Positions 39,123 through 51,722 of a stretch of 64,000 nt of DNA are shown here, one piece after another. This stretch comes from Gracilinanus agilis (taxonomy: Eukaryota): assembly GCF_016433145.1 (NCBI RefSeq), contig NC_058134.1, positions 170,409,731 to 170,473,730 of the forward strand, in the 5' to 3' direction. Within the stretch, counting starts at the first letter, position 1. Each line of letters opens with the position of its first letter. The position numbers were made by a program, and so were the translations under genes. The notes under the pieces were generated by a model. The model was given only the letters and a program-made list of their open reading frames with translations, searched no databases and was not told where the DNA came from.

Positions 39123-40904
39123 AATTCCCACAAGTAAGTTAAGAATAGTCCAAGGGACAGAGCAGTGAAGTGGAAAGAGAGCTGACTGGGAGTCAGAGTT
39201 CTGAGATTCTCTCTGCAGCTTTACCTTCTGTATAACCATGGTCAAGCCACCTCTTTCCCTGGGCCTGTCGTCGTCTATATTGTGAAAGGACTGGACTAGA
39301 TGACTTTTAAGAGCCTTTCCAGCTCTGTATTTCAGATTGTAACCACTGTGGTGATTGTTTCAGAGACCCATTTCATTTAATGTATGTAGAGATAGTAGGC
39401 CAATTGCTATGTACCTATAGTTGATAATTTTTCCATTTCTTTTTCTCATCTTGTGAATAAATTGTTAATTGGACGAAAAGACAAAATTTAACAAAATATT
39501 TTTAGCTTAATAGGAACTTGATAGATTTCATTTTTCTTATATTTATTTATAGATTTATTGCAGGCATGCCCAGTCACATTTAACAGTGTTTAGATGCTTG
39601 AGGGTATAAATAATAATGACTCTTTATTGCAGTTTTCATTAAAGAATTTAAAAAAAAGGATTTAAAAATTAAAGACCTTATTTTTTTCAGAACAAACTAG
39701 TAAGGACTATAGTTATCATATTTTAATTCTTTGAGTATTTGTTCAGTATTAGTACTTTTTACTTGTGCAATATATTTTATCTTTGGATATCAAAGTATTT
39801 TTGGCTTGCATTAATTAACTTAATAGTCCATGAGATTTAGAAACATTGTTCCCATTTTTCAGATACATAAAACTGAAGTATAAAAAGATGAAACCATGTC
39901 AACAGTGCTAGGGACATAGTAGATGCTCATTAAATATTTGTTGATTGGCTGAATGAATCTGATGTTAGTAGCAAATCCTGGATTTAAATTCTGTCTAAAT
40001 GCTCATTGATGAATGTCATTTGTATTGTAAAATAAAGGCAAACTCAGTATTTAGCTCAGACTTACAAATTACTTCTGCCAATAAAAAAAGTACAGAATTA
40101 CCACTTCTCTATATTTGCCAATTGTGGATCCATGTAGAGAATATCTGATTATTTACACAAAATGCTGCAAATGAAATGCCCATGGAATAATAATAACAAA
40201 AATAATAATTTAGAGCTAATGCATGAAGTTTTACAAATTGCATTATTCAAAACAACATTATTACCATCATTTTGTGTTTGAAGAAACTGAGGCTGAAGAT
40301 GGTTGTGTCTTGCCCTTGAGTTCATGGCTAGTAAATAGAAAAGCTGTTACTCAGACTTAATTATTTTGATTCCAGATTCACTGCTCTTTCTATTACATTG
40401 CATTGAGTATTTATGCTGCAGAGCATGAAAGATATATGTGTAAACTAAATTCCCAAAGTATTATGTCTTAGAAATATCTCATTTGTAATGACATATTTTT
40501 AAAATATGGCACTTTTATTTTTATAATACCTCATAACTATCTCCTTCCTTATAGCCTAAAATACTAGTAAATTCCACTTGAGATTTTGCCTCTGATGTTT
40601 TTGCTCTAACACCAGTAGCAAGATTTTTCTCTTAGATGGCCCTTTCTCTTTTAAAACTTTCTTTGGCCGCATGCCCAAGCTTACATTAGGTGACCACCAG
40701 ATTTTATTTTTATGAGCTATTGTGTTCAGATAGGAGTTAATTTTGTGTTTTACTCTTTTAATCCATGTTGCCAGGCCATATTTGAGATCTTCATATGAAA
40801 GGACTTATTTTAAGCATAAAATTTGTAAAATAGGAGGCAGCATGATTATAAGTTTTAATGAGTTGGTAGGTACTTCTACCATACTTCTTTTTGTTTGTTT
40901 ACAG

Positions 40905-41167
40905 TTGGAACACAGAACAGACAACAGCCCCCGATTTCCCATCTATGCTCCCAGAGAACAGCTGTGTCCCGAAAAAGAAATAAAAAGAAAAAAATACTCC
41001 CAAAGATCACTGAACCTCTTTCCACGAATAAGAAGCCCAGTGTAATAGAGAATGAAAAGAGAGCAGTTGCCTCTGAACACTCTGTCCTTCAAAACACTGA
41101 ACACATCCCAACTGAGGAGAACCATGTTTTAGGATTTGGCATTGTTCTTGAATCACCATCTTCAGAT
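40905..41167 (+). CDS. BEND7: BEND7 coding exon 5 (VGTQNRQQPPISHLCSQRTAVSRKRNKKKK...GFGIVLESPSSD)
   Basis: Acceptor ttgtttgtttacag|TTGGA and donor GAT|GTAAGT. 263 nt, phase 1-0. Contains the basic NLS-like stretch RKRNKKKK. Exons 1-5 total 834 nt = 278 codons with no stop. Confidence 0.96.
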
Positions 41168-42828
41168 GTAAGTTAATATTTTATTACTAGAAGTTGTGGT
41201 TTAGTTTGAGATAACCTTATAGTACTAACAAGGTTCTTCTACTGGCTAATACAAAATACACACAGGGAAGGAGAAGGATGATAACTTCTTATATTTTTTA
41301 AAAGAATAGGACAAACTTATTGATACATTTGAAAGTGAGGAGAAGAAAATAAAGGTTGTAGATGATTTTTTTTGGCCTAAAATTTTATTTTGCTAAATTT
41401 TTCTCTTCATTATTAATAAAGTTTCTGTTTCTTAACCTTAAAGGAAAGAAGGTGATTGATTTGCTTTGTTGGTCAAAATAGTGACATATAGAAAAAACTT
41501 CCTTAAGTAAAGAAATCATTAATTTCTTTAATATTTTTTAGTTTTAAAGTGGCAGTTTTGAGTTTCCTTATTGTGGAGAACTCAAAGAACATAATTAAAT
41601 CCTTTTGTCGATGATAATAAATGAAAAATTCCATGCAGATAAGATATCACTTTTATAGAAAAGCAAACATAATAAAAAAGAGAAATTGTGCTAATTCTGT
41701 GTCATAGATACAAGCTACACAACTAATTAGGTTGTAGGTTCTTGCTGTCCAAAAATAGGTTAATGTTCTTCATAGGCTATTCTATTTTAATATTATAGCA
41801 AATATATTATTGTTGATATTTGATGACTTGTAAATGTTCTACTGACTGTATTTTATTTAGTAGTTAGTAAGCTAGTTTCCTTAAAATATTTAATATTTAT
41901 AATAATTTGCTATTTGTACTACTCATATATTTGTGAAATCTGAATCACATATATTATAAGAGCTCTTAAATTAAAAAGAATGAATGGTCTTTTATTATGA
42001 AATTATGAAGCCTGAAAATCTCATAAGAACTCCTACAAAGTTAAACAATGTTACACTTTAAAAAATTTTCAAAAATAGCAATTTATTGTTTATTGAAAAG
42101 TGATTTACCATTTAGCAACTTTAGACACTTTTTCAATCACCTCATTGCTCACTGGTATGCTGTGGAAGCAGAAGTGAATGAGAGCCGTTTTCTGCATAGC
42201 CATTGAGCAAAAGAAATCATTATCTGGTCACCAGTCACCCAGTGATGTATTCTGTGCATTTACTTAAGTTGGTTCTCAGATGAAAAATATATAATCTGGT
42301 GCTGAACCTATATATGAAGCCTTTCTGGCTTCTTAGAACCCTGACTTTTCACTCTTCATTTTTCATCCATCAGTTCATGCTACAGTGAGATATTAGACTA
42401 CAGTGGCAGTGGTCAGAATTGCTCAGAGAAGTTTTTAGACCATTGTATTTTTATTTAATTTCTAATAGTATTCTCAATACATAGTCTCTGATTAGCAAGC
42501 AACAAATACTGAACTCTTTATTTTTGACATTCTTACTACAAAAGAATGATAGCTACTGAATGAAAGGGTAGTTGAATCCTTGGAAAGTTCATCATGGACC
42601 CAAAGACAATAAGAAACATAATTTTCATAGGATACTCTGGTCACCTCATCTTATACTTGTTTAATTTTTTTGTATTTATATCCTCAAGACCTAGCATAGT
42701 GTGTGACACAGAAGAGGTAATGTTTTATGATTGATTATATTTATGATGAATTTAGGCAAACAGACCATCATGAAGAGAACTGTAACTTATCCATTAACAT
42801 ACATTGCAGAGGGAATAATGAAACAGAG

Positions 42829-43036
42829 CTGCGGTGGTGAACCTAAGGCATATATGCCAGAGGGGGCACTTAGCCCTCTCTTTGGGCACATGCACCATTG
42901 CCCCAGCATGGAGTTTGCCAGATTTTATTACTAGAAAGTTACAGAGACACAGGGCCAGGCTGCTTTCTCCTACCTCTCCACATGCCTGAGGACATTTTTC
43001 ACATCACCAGCCCCTCTAAAAGGTTTACTATCACTG
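42829..43036 (+). mobile_element. hAT OC1-like MITE, copy 4, 208 bp
   Basis: TIRs ctgcggtggtgaacct ... aggtttactatcactg. TSD aaacagag / gaatagag (6/8). Confidence 0.82.
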
Positions 43037-43539
43037 GAATAGAGCATTTTTTATGAAGAACGATCAAGATTTTTAAATCATTGTATGCTTTTATACTTTA
43101 TGTGTCAAGTATGAAAGTAGGCATATATGAAGACACCAAAAATTATTTGGAAGTATGTTTTGTATATTTTCATCTAGAAATGAAAGAATCTAAAGGCTTA
43201 TAAACTGATCAAAAGCTTCAGCCCTGTATGTCATGAATACTTTAAGAAGAGAGTTAGAAGGTGCCGTATATGGAAGGAATTGATCATCATTAAAAAATGA
43301 AATTTATTATAGAATATTGGATAGGAAATAAGCAATTACATACATAACAGTCATTTCAACTATCTGTACAGTAAGACCATTGACTACTTAGAGTAGATGT
43401 TAAGAAAAACACCAAATTAGGAAGGGAAAAAAGGATCTAGTGTACCATATGCACTTGTTGGCAGTTATAGCCAGCCTTGCTTTAATTAAGCTGTCATTGA
43501 TGAAAATGAGAAATGAACAAAAAAAGATATTGACTCTTA

Positions 43540-44720
43540 ACTTTATCATTTCCTAGAGACATTAGCCAATGTAAAATAGTTGCTACAATGAAAACATTGA
43601 TAGTATTCAGAAGGCTTCTTAGCCAGTCAAAATTGAATCAAGTTGGCTTGCCAAGTATGTACATGGTACAAAGGAAAAAGAAAACTAGTTTCTACTTTCA
43701 GAAAAGCTTGCTTTCTGGGGGGAGGGGAATAAAACATACCTATAGAAACATATAAATACAAAATGATTTACAAAGGAAAAGCATGTAACACGGGGAATCA
43801 AAGTAAACTTCACAGAAGGGTATTTAAATTAAGAAGGATAGTAAAGTCAGAAGAGCAGACATGAAAGTACATTTCATGCAGGGAGCCAACCTGTAAAAAA
43901 AGCCGAGAAATGAGAAAAGCAATGTCAAATTCAGCCAATAATGATAATCCATTCTACCTGAAATATATGATATATACATGAAGGCAAACAATTTGAAACA
44001 GAAGTAGAAAGGTTAGTTAGAGCCATATTATAAAGGATTGAAATGCCAGGCAGTGGCTTGTATTTTGTTCTAGTGGTAATAGGGAACCACTGAAAAGTTT
44101 GAGCAAGAGAGTAGCATGGTCAGGTCTGTGCTTTGGACAGATTATTTTGTCAGTTCCATGGAAGATAGATTAGAAAGGGGAAAATGACAAGTAAAGACAC
44201 AAGTAGCAGGCTATTGTGGTTCATTTAAGGGGTGATAGAGTGGTAGCTGTGGTGATAGAAGGTATTGGATGCAAGGGATTTTATAAAAATAAAACCCTTA
44301 GGATTCAGCAACATTGGATTTGGCAGTGAAGGAAGAATTAAAGATAACTCAGATTTTGTCTTCTATGGCTGAGAGGACGATGGTGTCCACAAAATAAGTA
44401 GGAGATTTATGAGAATGTGTGAATTTAAGGGCAAAGGTAATCAGTTCTTTTCTGATTATGTAGAGTTTGAGATGATGATGTGGATACCAGGTAGTATCCA
44501 GCCTATAGCTAATGATGCAGAAATAGACTTTAGAAGAGAAGTTTGGCCTGGATGAAAAGAGGTAGAAGTCATCAGGCTAGATATAATTCTTGAATGTGTG
44601 GAAACTATTGAGGTCATCAAGGAAGATGAAAAAAAAAGAATATTGAGGAGTAATACTCGTGCTTAGATGATGGGAGATAGATGATTTTGCAATAGGGAAG
44701 ATTGAAAAAGACCAAGTATA
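43540..44720 (-). mobile_element. L2 fragment
   Basis: Purine-rich reverse-complement L2 motifs (gattgaaatgccaggcag, gggaaccactgaaaagtttgagcaagagag). Confidence 0.7.
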
Positions 44721-44739
44721 GGCGAGAACAAATATAGGA

Positions 44740-45830
44740 TAGAACTACCCTATTCTGATTCTCAGGCAACCTGACTTCTCTTCAGGCTCTCCTTTGCTAT
44801 ATCTTTATGTTGATAGTATCTGGTAACAGCAGATGCTCCTCAGGACTTGAGCTGGGCCTTCTTCTTTCTATACAATTTATCTTAATGATCTCATTGGTTT
44901 CCATGGATTCATTTATTGTTTTTGTGCTGATGAATCTCAGATCTTTTAATTGAGCCCTAACCTTTTTCTTAAACCTCTAGACTTTCATTTCCAATTGCTC
45001 ATTGGAAATCTCAAGCTCAATGTCCTGTAGACGTCTATCTGAAACTCAACATTTCCAAAACTTAACTGATTATCTTTCTCCTACCCAATCTTCTGACTTC
45101 CTATCTTCTCTGTTACTGTTCAAGGAAACTCTTTCTTCCTAGGCTTTCTTATAATTCAGATGTCATCCTTGATTCCTCACTTTCTTACTGAGCTCTATCT
45201 TGAATGTACAATGTGTTGCCAAGTCCTATTTGATTTTATTTTCATAACAGATAGATGGATAGATAAATAGATAATAGATAGATATACCCCCTTTTCTCCT
45301 CTAATACTGTAGATCCTCATCACCTCACACCCTAACTATTGCTATAACTTTCTGGTTGGTGTCTCTCCCTTAAGTTTCTCCCCACTATAGTTCACCCTCC
45401 ACTCAGCTGCCAAATTGATCTTCTTAAAATGCAAGTCTGACCCCATCACCACCCCCTTCATTCCTATTCAGTAAGTTCTAGTAGCTCCCTGTCTTTTTCA
45501 AGATCAAATATATAATTTTCTTCTTGGCTTTTCAAACCCTTCATAACTTGGACTTCTTGTACCTTTCAAGTCTTCTTATTCCTTATTCAACTTCCCATAC
45601 TCTGCAATCCACTCACACTGGCTTCCTTCCTTTAGACTTCCTTTAGACTCTATCTCCAGAGTTGTCCATTTTCATTTGCTGTTCTCCAAGACTAGAATTC
45701 TCTATATCCCCATCTCTGCCTCCTGCTTTCCTTCAGGTATCAGCTAAAATCTCACCTTCTGCAAGAAGTTTTTCCAGAGTACCCTTACTGTAGTGCCTCC
45801 CTTCTAATAATTATCTCCATTTTGATTTCC
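44740..45830 (+). mobile_element. L2 fragment
   Basis: Pyrimidine-rich; ctgatgaatctcagatc and aaactcaacatttccaaaacttaact motifs. Confidence 0.7.
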
Positions 45831-46700
45831 TGCCATTTCTTAGGAATATTTGTATTCCATTACATTTATAACCACATTTTCTTTAGCCATTCCTAGTTGA
45901 TAAAGACCTATTTTTTCCCCTAGTTCATGACTACTACAAGAAGCATTGCCATAAATATTGTTGTACAAATGGGTCCTTTTCATTTATCCATGATCTCCTT
46001 GAAATATAAGCCTAATAGTAATATTACTATGTTAAAGGATATGCACATTTGGTATTGTTAGTTAGAATTGTTTTCATTATTAGAATGTTTGAGTTAATTC
46101 CGTTTCACCAACCCTGCTAGTTTGCCTGTTTTTCTCACAACCCTAGCCACAATTGTTATTTTCTTGTTTTGCCATCTTTGTCAATCTGGTAGGTATGAAG
46201 TGTGACATCAGAATTGTTTTAATTTGTCTCTCTCTAATTATTAGTGATCTGGAGTTTTTCTCATATACTTATAAATTGCATTTATTGTAGAACTAATTTC
46301 ATATTTTTTACCAATTATCAATTTAGTATTGGCTCTTGCCATTGACTCATATTCAATTCTTATTTATCTTAGATTTTAGGCCATTATCAGAGAAATTTGT
46401 TAGAAGATTTTCTCAATTATTTTCCTTTTTCTTATAATTCCAGTTATTTTTGAGAAAAGGACTTCTTAATTTTTTTTAACTAAAATTGTACATTTTATCT
46501 CTTATGATAGGTTTTATCCCTTTTATAGGTAAAAATTTCCTTTAGCCATAGTTGTAAAAGATCTCTTTTTTACTTTTCTAATATTTTTATATGATTTTTT
46601 AAAATTAAAGCAGGTATCCACTTGGAGTATATTGTTATAATGATATAAAATATTTGTCAAAATCTAACTTTCATCAAATTGCTTTCCATGTTTTCCTCAA
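45830..46700 (-). mobile_element. Old L1 fragment
   Basis: gccataaatattgttgtacaaatgggtccttt and gttttaatttgtctctctctaattattagtgat are reverse-complement L1 ORF2-end motifs. Confidence 0.75.
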
Positions 46701-47749
46701 GTTTTGTTGGTTTTTTGTTTTTGTTTTTGTTTTGTCAAACAGGGATATTTACTTGTATAGGAACATGTTGTATCTTCCCAATAACATGTGAGATGACATA
46801 AACTCAAGAAAAGAGATTTTTATTCTTGTCTTTGAAGCCCTAGCACCCAGTCTAGAACTTTGCACATCGTAGGCACTTAGTGTAATGCTTATTTAGTTGA
46901 ATTGAAAGTTTTATTGATGACTTTTGGCTTTTTAACCAACAGTTATTTCCATATATTCTCTCCTCTACACCAAATAGAATTTTTCCATGTTTAAAAAGAA
47001 AAAGAATCAGACTAACCAGCTGATAATTGTGATCCAGCTGTAGACATAGCCTTTGACATCTGTAAGGAAGGAAATTTTTATAATTTTTTTTTAAAATAAT
47101 TTTTGGTTATTGTTCAACTTCCTTTTCAGGTTGTTTACTTCAAAGTATTGTAATCCTGGCATTCTTACAGTAATATACCGTGCTTTTGTATTAATCCTCC
47201 ATTTTTATTCCTTTCTATTTTGGCACCAGCTTACCTTTCCAGACTTACTTTATACTCTTCTTTCCATTGGTTTTATTTCTGTTCCCAGAACTTAGATATT
47301 ATCTCTTGCTTTAGTGCTTTATCATAGGCTGCTTATCATGTCTAAATGCCCTTTCTTGTTAATTCTACTTCTTAGTATCCATAGGCTCCTTCAAGATTCA
47401 ATTTGAGTATTACCTCCTATGGGAAATCTTTTCTAAAATACCATTTAGTTGTCCTTTGCATGTTTCTTTTCAAATTGTCTTTCATTTGCTTTTCTGTTTA
47501 TTTATTATATCCTATGGTAGAATTTCATCTTCTTAAAGAGGGATTGTCATTTTCGTCTCATGAACTTGCAAACGCCTGTTGAATTGAATAGTATATCGTT
47601 TTTGTTTACCTACCCTAGCTTCCATCTGATGTCTTTATTTTTTTAGATCTAAGTTGGTTTTATATCTGTTATCTGTTTATCCATAATCCTCTTTTTCATA
47701 CTCATTAAATTTTTATCTTTTCAGAATTTCATCCATGAGTTGTGAATTA

Positions 47750-48435
47750 ATCCATCTATTCTAGAAGGCATTTTGGAATTATGCATAAAGGGCTTTAAAA
47801 ATGTATATCCTTTGATCCAGCAATACCATTACTGGGTTTGCACCCCAGAGAGATAATAAGGGAAAATGTCTGTACAAAACATAGTTGTTCTCTTTGTGGT
47901 GGCAAAAAATTGGAAAATGAGAAGGTGGCTCTTGATTGTGGAATGGCCAAAATTGTGGTGTCTGATGGTGATGGAATGCTATTGTGCTGTAAGGAGTGAT
48001 GAACTGGAGGATTTCTATATGAACTGGAAAAACTTCCAGGAACTGATACAGAGTGAAATGAGCAGAACTAAAAAAATATTGTACACTGAAATTGAAACAT
48101 TGTGGAACTATCCAATGTAATAGACTTTACGACTAGTAGCAATACAATAATCCAAGATATTCCTGAAGGACTTATGAAAAAGAATGCTATCCATGTTGAG
48201 AGAAAGAGCTATGGGAGTAGAAATGCAAAAGAAAAATTTATGACATCACTTGTTTATGTGGATATATGATTTGGGGTTTCAGTTCTTGGTAAAAATGAAC
48301 AATATAGAAATAGGTATCAAGTGATAACATTTGTACAACCCAGTAGAATTGCTTATCAGCTCTGGGAGGGGGAAGGGAAGAGGAGAGGGAAAGAAAATGA
48401 ATTATGGAAACATGGAAATTATTTTTAAAAATAAA
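47750..48435 (+). mobile_element. 5'-truncated L1 (ORF2 end + 3'UTR)
   Basis: ORF 47866..48120 (VVAKNWKMRRWLLIVEWPKLW) is degenerate ORF2p C-terminus. A-rich end at ~48420-48440. Confidence 0.88.
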
Positions 48436-49029
48436 AAAGACAATTTCATCCATGAAAACTTCCCAGAGATGGCATTCTCTCTACTATTATAGGCCAATGA
48501 ACTTACCTATCCTTTCCTTGAATCTTATAACATCACTTGCCAAAAATTTTGTGTGTATGTTGACTACATCTTTCTTTCCTCTCCTTTGTAATAGATCTAA
48601 AATGACAGTAGTGGTCACTTCCCCCTAAAGTTCCAAACTTTTTCTCTGAAGCAAGTGTTTCTTATTGGTGAGATGTAGATCCAGGATAGCAGTTATTCTC
48701 ATTACATTATTCTCCTTTTGAAGACTTAAATTGTAACTGTCTGGCTAATACATGATTACTCTTCTTTTGACAGTAAGAACAATACAGGAGATATCTAGAT
48801 AATTGAAGTTCCTCAAGAGTAATATATATATATATATATTCCCTTCCTTACAGATGCCAGTCTTACATTTTATTTCTTGAATTCTTTATCTATATTTTCT
48901 CTTTCTGTCTAGGTGGTCTGGATAATAGTATTTACCAATACACTATCACTTCCTTTTCTTCTTATCTTCACTCATATATTTTCCATCATGTTTTCACAAC
49001 TCTGATTCTTTGGAGTAACTCATATCAAG

Positions 49030-49275
49030 GGAAAGGAAGGGAATAAGCATTTTTCTAACAGCTAATCTGGGCCAGGCACTGTGCTGAGTTCTTTACAAAT
49101 ATTATTTCATTTGATTATTACAATAACCATGTGATACAGGGATTATTATTATCTCCATTTTGCAGTGGAGAAAACTCAGACAAGCAGATTAAATGATTTA
49201 CCCAGGGTCACACAGCCAATAAGTGTCTGCAGCTGCATTTGAACTCAAGACTTCCCAACTCCAGGTTCAGTACTG
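49030..49275 (-). mobile_element. MIR-family SINE
   Basis: ggcactgtgctgagttctttacaaat...ccattttgcagtggagaaaactcagaca...cccagggtcacacagc. Confidence 0.8.
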
Positions 49276-50459
49276 GATTACCTGGCTGCTACTAACAGCT
49301 AGATGAGTATATCTTCTTAACATACAATTACTTTTTAAAGGTCAATTTCAAAATTTTTAAAATTGCAAATTTTTCCCTTCTCCCTTCCCTTAGTCCTTGA
49401 GGAAGCAAAAAAAGTAAAATCTATTATAAACATTTATAATCAAGCAAAACAAATTTTTGCATTAAGCATGTACCAACCTCCCAAAAGAAAACAGGAAAAA
49501 GAAATAGAAGAAAATTGCTTTATTCTGTGTTCCGAATTCATTAATGTTTTATGTAAAGGTGGATTGTATGAAAAATAATTAATATGTCATTCTTAAAACC
49601 ACCACTATATACTGCCCCCATTTACCTATCCTTTTTTTAAAAAATAAGGCATAGCCTTCCAAAGCCCCTTATAGGTCTTATTCCTGTAAATTTCAGCAAT
49701 ATCCATGAGACCCAATTTCCCTCATTACATTAGGAACTCTAATTAACTTTATGGTTACCCATACTTTTTTCATTTGCATATAGATATTTGTAACAATAGG
49801 TTTATTTTTGGCTTCTTGCTTGGATTTTTGTCTCTTGAATTTGGGGGCTATTCTGTTATTTTTCTAACTTCATATATATAGTATATGACTTCATAAATAT
49901 ATGTAAACTGGTTTTCCCTTTACTTTTTTTAGTTTATTTTTTTATTCATAGTATCATATACAAGCCTTTTTATTTGGAAATGTTCATTTTTGGCCAATCA
50001 GTAACAAAAAAATTTTAAAAGATACCCTTATATAACATTTTTGCTACTACTCATTAAGTTAATGATAACACTTATATAAAATACTTGTTAAATGCTAGAT
50101 GATAACTCAAAAACACTTTACAATGTTGGGATCCAGAATAGTGGATCTATACAGGAAGCAATTCTTTATGGAAATTAATCTATCAATATCCTGTAGCACT
50201 CTTCCAACTAGAAGACATTTGGGTTTAAAACTCCCCAAGATGGAATGAACAGGAATGGCATACCTGTATTAATAAGAGTAAAGATCTCAAATTCCTCTTA
50301 TCTGACTTACATAGTGTGGAGAAATATTAAGATGATGGAACCAGAGAGAATAATAGAGCATTGAGGTGCTGTAAATTTTGAACTTAGATCAAAAGTTGAG
50401 ATAAAAAAGGGAAGGGAAGATAGGAAAAGGAAAAGGATTCTACTGGGAAGCCACTGAAT

Positions 50460-50545
50460 TTCTTTCTCTCCCTCTCCTCTCCTCTCCTTTCCTCTCTTCT
50501 CCTCTCCTCTCTCCTACCCCCCCTCCTCCCTTTCTCCCTCCCAAA
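50460..50545. repeat. (CCTCT)n-like polypyrimidine tract
   Basis: Read directly from sequence. Confidence 0.9.
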
Positions 50546-51098
50546 AACATTCTGAATTTTTGACTGGACCTACACACATATCAGTTTAGGTCTATCACCT
50601 AAACTTCCCTAACAAGCCCCTAATTAGCCTCTTTCCTTCTGACACCAATCTGTACTCCATAAAACTGCCAAGATAATCTCCCAGAACATAGGTCTCATCA
50701 TGACACTTCCTTGTTAACCTTCAGTAAAGTCTAGGATAAACACAAATTCTTTGGTTAAGAAAGAACTTCACAATCTGGCCCTAGTCTACTTTAACAGCTT
50801 TATTTCCCATTACATGTTTCAAATTCTCCCCTCTGTGAAGTCCCACAACCACAAATTATCATCCGTGCCTGGTATATATTCCCACCTTAGAATCCTTTAC
50901 AATCTTTCAGCACTTGGTCCCCCTTAGCTCTTTGAAGCGGAATGCTCATTTTCTAGTAGTCTTTCTCTTCTCAAATTACCAGTATTTTTTACTTTTCCAT
51001 GCACATTTACATTTCCTCAGTGAAATGTAACCTGGTCTAAAGACTTTATTTTTGACTAGAATAGTGCTTTGTTTGTAGAATATAAGTGGAAGACTTTT

Positions 51099-51228
51099 TT
51101 TTCAATAGTTTTTTTTTAACCCTTAACTTCTGTGTATTGACTCCTAGGTGGAAGAGTGATAAGGGTGGGCAATGGGGGTCAAGTGACTTGCCCAGGATCA
51201 CACAGCTGGGAAGTGTCTGAGGCCTAAA
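51099..51228 (-). mobile_element. 5'-truncated SINE1-like element, subfamily A
   Basis: 3' ~110 nt of the SINE. TSD tggaagactttt at 51087-51098 and 51229-51240. Confidence 0.92.
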
Positions 51229-51439
51229 TGGAAGACTTTTAAAGTGACTATTACACAGAACATTAGCATCAAGAGGGACTTCTGAGGCCATCTTTTGCAA
51301 CCTAGACCAATTCAAGTCTTCTCTCCAATATTTAAACTATATATAAACTAAATATATAAACAGTATTTAAACAAGATCTCTAGTTCTTCCCCAAAACTTG
51401 ATATGATACAAGTTTATTGGGGCAATAACATAGATTAGT

Positions 51440-51722
51440 AAATTATTCCTTTCATAATCTTTCTCTACTTTCAAGACTCAGCTAAAATGTTCCTTTCTCT
51501 GTATTGCCTCCCTTACTTTTGCCTCCTCCAGTTGAAAAATGTCTTTCTTTGCTCAGATGTCCTTACAGCACTGTGTTTCATTACACCCTTCTTTGAAGTT
51601 ACTTATCTTCATATCTGTGACCTCCAGAAGCAAGTTCCTTAAGAGCTAGGTTTTGTCTTTGAACATTTGGTTTAGTTCAGTGCTTGGTACATAGTAAGAG
51701 CTTAATAAATGTTGAATGAATT
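51440..51722 (+). mobile_element. L2 3' tail
   Basis: Ends gtgcttggtacatagtaagagcttaataaatgttgaatgaa. Confidence 0.85.
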
